Shown here: positions 53,103-64,000 of the stretch, in pieces
Layout: each line of letters begins with the position of its first letter
How positions within the stretch are numbered: position 1 is the first letter of the stretch
Assembly: GCA_964016885.1 (NCBI GenBank)
Contig: OZ024741.1
Span: forward strand, 331,452,001-331,516,000
DNA length: 64,000 bases
Origin: Eledone cirrhosa
Lineage: Eukaryota
Direction: 5' to 3'
The notes under the pieces: generated by a model
Database searches by the model: none
Told to the model about the DNA's origin: nothing
Seen by the model: only the letters and a program-made list of their open reading frames with translations
Made by a program: the position numbers and the translations under genes

Positions 53103-53134
53103 TACATATCTGTATACAGCTGAATCCCAATTCC

Positions 53135-53180
<46 letters not shown>

Positions 53181-53289
53181 GTTTCTACTTTAGGCACAAG
53201 GCCAGCAATTACCCAGTACATTACTGGTACTTTATTTTATCGACCCCATAAGGATGATAGGCAAAGTTATATATATATATAATATATAT

Positions 53290-55126
53290 AAAAGATGAAT
53301 ATAAAATGAAAGTGCTTTTATAAAGGAATTTATTAGGTATTGACATATGTTTTTGTAACAGGCGGAATACCTATGTATCGCTGCTTGTGTAATCATATAA
53401 TGTTAGCAAGTATTCGATAGCAAATGTATAATCAGTTGTCACTTCTTCAGAGATATTGGATAAATTGGAAAAAATCAGAAAAATCAAAGTATTTATATTA
53501 GTTGTAAGAAAGGAAGAAGAGAAGGGATAGTATATGACAGATGGTAATTCAATTTGCTGGTAAACAAGTATATAGAAAGTTTTTAATGAGAATACAATGA
53601 GTATATGGCTTATTTTATCTAAATAAAAATTTTTGGGAGTGCCTATTTTAATCTATATTTGACCAATTGAACAATGGACAGGGTGGTCGTTTGGTGTAGT
53701 AGTATTAATACAGATATAATGTGTCAAGTAAGGAAGAGAGAGATTTTCACTGCTACTGTATAACAACAATGTTGGTAGCCTGCTGGTATATGCATTAGGG
53801 AATTGAATTAAGAAATCTCATTTTATCTATAGCAGTTTATATTAAATGGTAAAGAATAGAAGAGTTGATAGAATTAAGACTAATAGAGAATGTTAATATG
53901 TATTTTGACAATCAAACGGAGATGGAGACAGGCGTTCAATCCTGGTAGCGTTTGTAATATGAAAATGTAGATTTCAAACGATGGTTACAGTATAACGATC
54001 GCTCGATTCTGTTATTTAATAAAATATTTTTGGATTTCATAATACAAAATATTTCCATATTACACAATTTACAAAATTCCTGTCCTTGGAAATATGCAGG
54101 GGAAATGCTATTATATCCCATTTTAGGTTAAATTGTTGGTTATTTTCGCGCAGCTGCCAAGCCTTGTCTGCGAGTGTTGTTACATAACGCTGGTTTTCAT
54201 GTTTTATCGAGTAACGATGTCTATAAAGGCGAGATTTGAAGGAGGTAGCTGTACACCCCACATAGTACCACTTCTGGCTACCCGATTCGATAGTACATTT
54301 TATATGATGTTGCGTTCAAGACACTGATTGTTCAACGGACACATTCCTGTTTGGACACAGTTACAGTTATAATTATGCGTTGTTGTATTACCATGGATGG
54401 GTTGATGAGGTTGCTTAGGCAGGACGGGATGTTGTTTGTTGTTTTGTGATGTTATAGCCGATGTTTTACGTGTATTGTTATGTGTTGGAAGGCGTTTATA
54501 CAACCGTTTTACGTTAAGCTTTTTTATGTTGTTCAATATTAGGGGCGGTTGAATATGAAAGTCGAATGGTGTTAGGGTTTAAGATTTTATTATATTTATG
54601 TGATGTTGGAAAACGTTTTTTAACTAATCGAAAGAATTGTGAGGGTAGATTGGTTTTAATAGAGTTGTTATAGACCGGGTTGTACCATATATACTCTTTA
54701 CATCTCATTGTATTCTCATTAAAACCTTTCTATATACTTGTTTACCAGCAAATTGAATTGCCATCTGTCATATACTATCCCTTCTCTTCTTTCTTTCTTA
54801 CAACTAATATAAATACTTTGATTTTTCTGATTTTTTTCCAATTTATCCAATATCTCTGAAGAAGTGACAACTGATTATACATTTGCTATCGAATACTTGC
54901 TAACATTATATGATTACGCAAGCAGCGATACATAGGTATTCCGTCTGTTACAGAAACATATGTCAATACCTAATACATTCCTTTATAAAAGCACTTTCAT
55001 TTTATATTCATCTTTTCTACATTTTCTCCGGAATATAATTTATACTCGTTGAGCAAACCTACACGTACGCTGTTCATCTCTAACGTGACGATATATTATC
55101 ACTACATTATTGATAACTTGAAATTT

Positions 55127-55127
<1 letters not shown>
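53290..55127 (-). mobile_element. 5'-truncated Penelope-like element with inverted pseudo-LTR
   Basis: ~310 bp inverted repeats 53290-53601 and 54704-55016 around a degenerate RT-thumb/GIY-YIG ORF. Confidence 0.9.
53936..54700 (-). pseudogene. Penelope-like ORF C-terminus: thumb, Cys linker, GIY-YIG endonuclease (frameshifted)
   Basis: WYNPVYNNSIKTN..IRLSYS; CNCVQTGMCPLNNQC; NII(Y)KCT..YYVGCTATSFKSRLYRH; CKLCNME; CNH. Confidence 0.9.
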
Positions 55128-55159
<32 letters not shown>

Positions 55160-55670
55160 GTATGTATATATATATATATATACAAGAAAGTACGTCCATA
55201 GAATCATATGGTTGCCAAAAACACACATATATATCTATGGCTCTGTCTAGTTTATGTATATGTAAATCTATATATTTTATATGTATATGTATGTATTCTT
55301 TTTTTATTTATATGTTACTTTTGTGAAAGGAGGAGGGTTAAAATTTTTCTACTCTCACGTGACAATATTTTATCATGTCACCATCACAACCAGCACCACT
55401 TTATAGGGCAGACTGGGTGCTTGTGTCACCAGCCTAGCCACTCCACAGGGCGGATCAGATGCCTTCTGTTGTGCTACCAATACGTCCACCTCACAGAGTG
55501 GACCTGGTGATTATTTGTCATGTCACCAGCACTATCACCTTGCAGGGAGAGCACCGACCTGAACACCTTACACGGGGTCGAGGGGCTTTTGTTGTGTCAC
55601 CAGTATGACTGCCTTACAGAATGGACTGAGAGCTTTTAGTCATTTCAGTAGCATTGTAGGAGAGTGTTGC

Positions 55671-55722
<52 letters not shown>

Positions 55723-56285
55723 AAACACGGTAAAAAGGCTCCCAGTCCACACTGTAAATGTGGTTGGTGTTAGGAAGGGCATCCAACCATAGAAAACCTG
55801 CCAGATACAGTCCTATACGAGCGAGATGGTCACCTGATCAATCTTGCCTCAAGTGGGACAATTCTCGTCTAACCCATGCTAGCGTGGAAGATAGACATTA
55901 AACAATGATGATGATGATGTATATGTATATATATAGCTCCAAACCCATGCAAGCGTGGAAGATGTACGTTAAACCATGATGATGATGATGATGATATATA
56001 TAAACACTCCTGGAATTACCTTCATTGTGCCCATGGTCGATCACCACAGAAACACTGTAAAGTGATTCGCATGTCGAGTCAACACCCACTACATGTTCAC
56101 ACAGTCTTTGATTTCCCCTAACAAAATCCAATCACTACAATTATCTCTCTCTCCCTCCCCCTCTCTTTCTCTCTCTATATATATATGAGAGCGAGAGTGT
56201 TTGTGTGTGTGGAGGAATATATGAGAGATAGCTTCCAGCCCATTTGAGACTGAGAGTTCAGTAGCCTTAATTAAATACTAATATG

Positions 56286-56651
56286 GAGGCACATGGCTTA
56301 GTGGTTAGAGCATTGGCCTTGCAATCGAAAGGTTGTGAGTTCAATTCTCAGGCCGGGTGATGTATTGTTTCCTTGAGCAAGACACTTTATTTCACATTGC
56401 TCCAGTTTACTCAGCTGTAGAAATGATATGATAGGGACTGGGGTGGTTGTGGAGGTGCCACGGCAAAAAAGCACCCAGCCCACACTGTAAAGTGGTCGTG
56501 TAGGCGCCACGGAAAAAAAGCACCCAGCACTCACTGTAAATCAGGTTGGTGTTAGGAAGCACATCCAGCTGTAGAAATCAAGCCAGAACCGTTCCCGTCC
56601 CACCCTTGCAAGCAGGGAAAAGTGGACGTAAAATGATGATGATGATGATGA
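56286..56651 (+). mobile_element. Full-length tRNA-CORE SINE with RTE tail
   Basis: Same family as 23447 and 47612. Confidence 0.9.
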
Positions 56652-57494
56652 TATAGCATACATATCCTTGACTTGAAAATTAAATACATTCTAGGCTATT
56701 TCCATCATTATTGACAGCACATTAAGTGAATAGTAGAAGATTATAAAAAGGAGAAACATTTATCTATTTATCCTAACCAAACAGAAGTGTTCAAATTTAC
56801 CAAAACCTTTGTTGGGTTGGAGATTTTTTTGTCCCATGTCAGCAAGTTAACCCGATACTCTAGTAGAAAACATTAAAGTCAAGGTGCTACACAGCAGGAG
56901 TGAACCTGAAACCATATGGTTGTGAAGTGAGCTCCTTAATCATGTAATGATATGAGTGGGGGTGTATGTGTATGATGTGTGTGTGTGTGCATATGTGATG
57001 TGTGTGTGTGTGATGTGTGTGTGTATGTGATGTGATGTGTGTATGTGTGTGTGGGTTTATGTCTACACTATTTAACAATTAGTGTCTGCAAATCTGTTTC
57101 ACTTACAACATTCCGTCATCAAATACAGTTCAGAATGAATACAATTTTTCTTTTTCTTTTTCTATATTACTGTTTAGTGAGAGGGAGGGAAGCACTGTAA
57201 CAATAACACTTTTCAGGACTTCCAAGATAGCTGAGAGTAAGAGAAGAGCAGTGGCCATGAAACTTTCCATCAATTCCAAGACTGGTGAGGCCAAGAGAAG
57301 ATATCTTCAAACCAGAAATCTCCCTTGAATGCTTGTAACAGAGGAGATGCTGCTAAAAGGACTCAAGAGCTAGGTCGTGGGGTTAAAAATGTTTCAGTAT
57401 GGAATCACTGTTGTCACAGTTACTGCATTTGGGGGTCTTCCACATTTTCATCAAAATATCAATTCACCCAATGATTCAATAATTTATAAGACTC

Positions 57495-57547
<53 letters not shown>

Positions 57548-57610
57548 GTATATATATATATATATATATATATAGGAAAAGAGTCAGGACCCCAACGACT
57601 GAGCTCTGGC

Positions 57611-57844
<234 letters not shown>

Positions 57845-57907
57845 TTCTATCCTGTTTCTTTCACTTCTTACAGTGACATTAACAGTATTTTTTTTTTAAA
57901 CGAATAT

Positions 57908-58230
57908 GATATTCAAAACAACGAACAGCGGAGGACACGTTTCGCACCTTTCCGACAGACAAACTCCCCCCCGCCCGGAAAAAACCCCAGTTGATGGATG
58001 TGAATCCGAAATATATAGGGACAATTAAATCTCTCCCAAGGTAACTCTATCTCGTGTTATTATTTTTATTTTTATCCTTTACGCTCTTTCCTACATTCTT
58101 CTACACGCTACAGTCTTCTACACGCCACGCATCTCAACGTACACCCACTTACATCTCTCTCTCCACCACCGGATCTTGTTACCCGGAGATTTACCCATCT
58201 GCATTGTCGAGGCTTCCAAACGACTTAAAT
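57908..58230 (+). repeat. Dispersed repeat with degenerate hammerhead-like motif
   Basis: TTGAT-GGAT(GTGA)ATCC-GAAA-TATA; related to 12811-13140. Confidence 0.7.
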
Positions 58231-58237
58231 AAATTTA

Positions 58238-58289
<52 letters not shown>

Positions 58290-58557
58290 TTTATTAAACA
58301 ACAACAGAAGTCCGGACTGGAAAATTTGCTTTAGAATTTTAATTCCATGAAATCACTATACATATTTCGATGGCCCAGCTCCATCATCCAATTATAATGC
58401 AAGATATATATGTATATCAAGATGCCACCTGATAAGACCGTCCTGTCTTGCATCATAATTGGATGTTATGATGCAAAATAAACCTAAATACAACTGCATA
58501 TAACCTTTGATCTATTTAATACTACACACACACATACGCGCACACATACGCACACGC

Positions 58558-58633
<76 letters not shown>

Positions 58634-58634
<1 letters not shown>

Positions 58635-59753
58635 ATTGAAAAAGTGGAGAATAACATGGCCAACAGTACAAAAAAGGGATTTATTTGCAGTCTAACAATT
58701 GTTTCACTGATAAAGTTGTCTAAAAATTGCTGAACACTAAAAGCAGTGCCACTCAATTTTAAATACGATGTTAGCTCGATCATCTCTTCGGAAACTGTTA
58801 AAAAATATATGTGTAACCGGAAAATTTACAAATTCAAATAACATCAATAATAAAAAAGATATAGAGAGAAAAGGAGGAAGAAAGGGAGATAGATACAGTA
58901 AAGAAAGAAAGGAAACGAAGGAGAAAGAAGAATAAGGAAAAAGAAAAAGAAAAAGAGAAAGAAGAAGAAAAAGAAGAAATTATTATAGATAGAAATATAA
59001 AGAGAAGAAGATATATAGAAGATGATGGTAGACAGAGGAGAGATAAAAATAAGTAGAAATAACGTAGGATAGAAAGAAGAATAGAGGGACAAATAAATGA
59101 ATAAACGTTAATACATGAATAAATATAAATAAAAATAAAAATAGATATATAAAAAATATATGAAAAAATATATAAAAAATTGATAAATAAATAAATAAAT
59201 AAATAAATAATATCTAATGTGATATAAAATGGTATAACATGTGAAAAATGAAGAATAAAAATAAATACGTAAAAGGAGTAAAAATGTGCGAAGAATATTT
59301 AAACATATTAAAATTATTGAGAATGGTTTTTAAGAATTGTTAAAATATATGGAGAGATAATAAGGTGAAAATATGATAATGTTAAATATATTTATGTGTG
59401 TATTGGTTATTTTAATAAATAAATAAATTAATTAGTTTTAAGTTATATTATATCGTATTCAAAATTGAGTGGCACTGTTTTTAGTGTTCAGCAATTTTTA
59501 GATAACTTTATCAGTGAAACAATTGTTAGACTGCAAATAAATCTCCTTGTTTGTACTGTTGGCCATGTTATTCTCCACTTTTTCAATTTTATTACTCCAA
59601 GATAAACTTACATAGGAATACAAGTGAAATCATAAACTCGTCATCTACGTAAACCTCTTGTTGAGTTAAACAACGCCGTACGCTAAAACTATCCATAATA
59701 AGAAGTATTCACAACCTCTAATTGGATTACCTATAACGATATTTTGTTATCCT
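58634..59753. mobile_element. Fold-back element (Penelope-like)
   Basis: ~135 bp inverted arms 58634-58769 and 59452-59588, A-rich spacer, unique tail. Confidence 0.85.
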
Positions 59754-59784
59754 TTATATATATATATATTAACAAAGAACAAAG

Positions 59785-59836
<52 letters not shown>

Positions 59837-60597
59837 ATGGATATTAATTGATGGGTGAGGAAATGCCAAGAAATCTTAGTGAAAGGTAGCTAGAGTAGAG
59901 AGAGAGACCAAGGAAGAACAGGGCAGCAGTTGTGAGTGAAGGACTGTGATGACTGGAGAGATGTTATGTTGGTAAAAGTCTGTCCAACCCTTGAAAAGTA
60001 TGAAAAAATGGCTATAAAACATTGATGATGATGATGATGATGTATACATACAGTTCGGACAATTTGGAAATTTAAGTTTCCTGTATTCTGGATGTACTTG
60101 CTGCTTATGATGATGATACTGATAATTATATTTGCGTTGCTGTTATTGCTATTGCGGTTGATATTATTGTTATTGATATTGTTAATGTTGTTTCTATTGA
60201 TTTTCTTATCTTTGACATTTTGTTGTTTACTGTTGTTATTGTTATTGTTGTTATCATTGTTGTTATTTAACCCTCATCTATTGATGAAAATGCATTCCAG
60301 CTGTGACCAGAATACATTATCCAAATGTATATACTATCATTCTTTTTCTTTAAGGCAATAGGGTGGAATTTGAGGGAAATTTCACAGCTATTTCTAGCAG
60401 GTCAAAGGACCATGTGGAGGCTTCCTCATTGGTTGCTTTAGAGCTGGTTAACTTGTTTCAGTTACTTATCTTATAGAACTTAGAAAAAAAAAAGAATGTG
60501 AAATACACAGAAGAAGAATATTCTGGAGGGTGAGTCTGAGGACAGTAGCCCCACAACCCTCTCAGGAATAAGTGGGCATAGAGTAATAATAATAATA

Positions 60598-60797
60598 ATG
60601 GTTTCTACTTTAGACACAAAACCAGCAATTTGAAGGGGAGGGGAAAGTCGATTAAATCGACCCCTAATGTATTACTGGCGGGATTTGAACTCAGAACATA
60701 AAGTGCTGTAACTCTATGCCACAAAGCATAATGTCCGACACTTTACCGTTACTGCCAAAATACCACTCTTAATAATAATAATAATAAGAATAATAAC

Positions 60798-60844
<47 letters not shown>

Positions 60845-61690
60845 TTTCTTTATTGGCCACAAGGGCTGACATCAAGAAAAACATTACAGACGGCACAGGA
60901 CGGTACAGGACGGTACAATGTGGGTTTTGTGCGTGTAAAGATTTTTATTATTTATATAAGAAAAGAAAAAAAAGGACATAGAAACATATATATATATATA
61001 TATAAACAATAAAAATGAAAATTGAAACAATGAAAAATTCCCCAATAGGGGGGAAAACTCCGAGGGTTACTCGTGGCGAAAACCACACAAAAGACCACGG
61101 CCATCCTAATAATAATGGTTTCTTATGTAGGCACAAGGCCAGCAATTTTTGGGGGAGGGAAAAGTCAATGAAATCGACCTCAGTGCGTGACTGGTACTTT
61201 ATTTTATCGACCCCGTAAGGATTTAAGGCAAAGTTAACCTAGGCGGGATTTGAACTCAGAATGGCAAGGGCCGTAACTCTATATAATAATAATAATAATT
61301 GTTTCTACTTTAGGCACAAGGCCAGCAATTACCCAGTGCATTACTGTTACTTTATTTTATCGACCCCTTAAGGATGAAAGGCAAAGTCAACCTCGGCGGG
61401 ATTTGAACTCAGATCGTAAAGGGACGTAACTATGCTGGAAAGCATGGCATCCAACCCTCTACCGATACTGCCGGACGTTAAACGAAGATGGGGATGATGA
61501 TGATGATGTTTCTTCTATAGGCACAAGGCCAGCAATTCCGGAGGAGGGGAAAGTCGATCAAATCGACCCCAGTGCGTGACTGGTACTTTATTTTATCGAC
61601 CCCGTAAGGATGAAACGCAAAGTTAACCTCGAAGGGATTTGAACTCAGAACATGAAGGGACATAACTTTATGCCACAAAGCATGTTGTCT
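60598..61690 (-). mobile_element. Cluster of four Meta-type SINEs, same orientation
   Basis: Copies at about 60598-60765, 61115-61280, 61298-61472 and 61508-61690. Confidence 0.85.
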
Positions 61691-61703
61691 GATGTTAACA
61701 TGA

Positions 61704-61908
61704 ATGGACCTGTTATTTTTATCTAAATAAATTTTTTCCAATTCCATCCCGCCCGTCCCCTCAATCTATTATATTTCTCATTCTTTCTTCTGATGAAAGA
61801 CTAGCGTCTGAAACGTTAAGACCCCCTTCCTGCTATATCAACCGTTAACCTAATATATACCTTCCATATACTGTACCGATTGTGTTGTTATTTCTGTTTA
61901 CCTTTTAC
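61704..61908 (+). mobile_element. Hammerhead family 2 copy
   Basis: TCTT-CTGATGA-A-AGAC(TAGC)GTCT-GAAA-CGTT-AAGA. Confidence 0.8.
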
Positions 61909-62084
61909 ATACATACATATATATATGCAAGTCGATTGAAAGGTATGTCGTATCTATTTATTTATAAGACTGTTTATATTGTATTTTGTCTGAAGAAGGC
62001 ATAACATATTGTTAATATGATATCCCTGAAATATATATAATGAAATAAATATGGTTTTATAAATATAGTTTCCATTTATTTAAT

Positions 62085-62126
<42 letters not shown>

Positions 62127-62134
<8 letters not shown>

Positions 62135-63023
62135 TAACATTAAAGTTTAAGCAAAGAATCGCTGCTTTCACCCTTAACAGGATCTTCTGAAACTAGAAAA
62201 AATGAATCTGTAAACGCAGAAGTAAATATTTCGAAAAACGTTGTAGCCAAAGGAAAACAGGAAGATAATACTTTGGTTCGTGAAGACGTTCCCTGGTAAT
62301 GAATGGAAAAAAGCAAAGATAATACGTCATTATATAGAGTGATTAGAACAATTAGACGCAAAAACAAAACCACATTTATGGTATAAATGGAGTCATTAGA
62401 CTAATATTCTATTTAGGAAACTGAATGATTCTCGGCTTCGGAGTTAAGAATAATTTAAATAAATTAGTTGAACGAAATAAGGTTCATATGTGTCGCGCCG
62501 GGATTACATACGTGTTTATATTTATGTGTATGTATATGTATGGCGTCTTTTTTTCGCGTATACACGTGCATGTAAGCATATAGTTGTGTGTTTGTTTATA
62601 TTTAATTATTATTACTTTTCTAATTTTAATAATCTCTGTTATTTTCGTTCAACTAACTTATTTACATTATTCTTAACTCCAAAGCCGTGTCTTTGCGTGT
62701 AATTGTTCTCATCGCTACACATAACGATGTATCATCTTTGCTTTTTTCCGTTCATTGGCAGGGAACGTCTTCACGAACAAAAGTATCATCTTCCTGTTTT
62801 CCTTCGGTTGCAACGTTTTTCGAAATATTTACTTCTGCGTTCACGGATTGATTTTTTTTTTAGTTTCAGAAGATCCCATTAAGGGTGAAAGCAGCGATTC
62901 TTTGCTTAAATTTTAATCTGTTATTTTAATAAATGTTTGCTCTATGGTTCTTATATATTTGATATATATTTATCATTATCGAGCCCTCTTAGAATTTTAG
63001 TCTTCACATTTATTATTATTACT
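62127..63023. mobile_element. Long fold-back element
   Basis: Near-continuous palindrome 62127-62482 vs 62638-62931; CAGAAGA-TCCC(ATTA)AGGG-TGAAA hammerhead-like relic; tail shared with 18566-18653. Confidence 0.88.
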
Positions 63024-63515
63024 ATATATATATCGTGTACATATGAGTGGTTGGTGAAGTGAAAGGAAGAGCATCCAGCTGTGGAAAGATGCTTTAGCTG
63101 TAGTAAGGTTATGATATATTCCCTACTGCTGGTTCTGTGATAAAATGCACCTGGTTCACTCTGTATAATGCAAAGTAGTATAAGCAAGATGGTGCCCTTG
63201 GCCCCATCTGAGAGGCCAGTGGCTCCAATTAAGTACTGACGTGGCTAGAACAGCCCATCAAATACATGCAATCAGAAACAAAAAACGGAGTTTAAATGAT
63301 GATGATGATGATAATGACACACACACACATATGTATATGTACACACTCACATATATGTATTTACACACAGTCATAAGCTAAAAAAAACAACAGAAATGAA
63401 TGATTCAATGTTTTTTTTTTGGCTAAATGTTACTCAAAAACTCTGAAATTCGGAATTATGTATGGTATGAGACAAATTCTTCATTTTCAATGACAAAATT
63501 TACTTCATTAATCCC

Positions 63516-63568
<53 letters not shown>

Positions 63569-64000
63569 AACACACACACACACATATAAATACATAGATG
63601 CATATATATGTGTATATATGTATATATATATATACATATAAATATTTTGGTTAGGTTTTTGGACAATTTTTCGGTTTGTTGGCTTGCGCCGAGAATAAGG
63701 CTAGAAAAATCAATAGGCTCTCAACTGAATCAATATTATATGGTATTGATGTCTTTATAAGCTGCTGAAACAATATAATCCCCACCACCATCACAGCCAG
63801 CTTCATATTAGTTCTGAATATTTATACCTTTAATCTGAAGCTTATGCTAACGTGCATGGCAGGCACACAGAAAACTGTCTTTCCAAATACAGTAAAAATA
63901 ATATATAATATAATACAATATAATAATATACTATAGGGAAGCACACACACACATATATATATACATATAATATATTTTATTATATATATATATATATATA

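Overview
AT-rich, gene-poor eukaryotic DNA. The dense (TA)n/(CAT)n/(CA)n microsatellites, tRNA-derived CORE- and Meta-type SINEs and RTE LINE fragments resemble an octopus/cephalopod genome (inference). Nearly all listed ORFs are microsatellite artefacts. Real coding remnants: a LINE ORF1 zinc knuckle, several RTE 3' ends, an internally deleted Helitron (Rep motif + PIF1 helicase + 3' hairpin), a mariner transposase, a Penelope-like GIY-YIG element with ~310 bp inverted repeats, and a frameshifted LIM-domain (LIMD2/LIMA1/XIRP2-type) fragment. Two things stand out. (1) Several families of minimal hammerhead ribozymes, including a ~433 bp tandem and inverted repeat with one hammerhead per unit (retrozyme-like), plus at least seven fold-back elements. 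(2) A 9.3 kb array of a 44 bp unit with three main variants and higher-order repeats, apparently amplified from the Pol III B-box segment of a SINE. All alignments and folds were done by eye, so boundaries are approximate.
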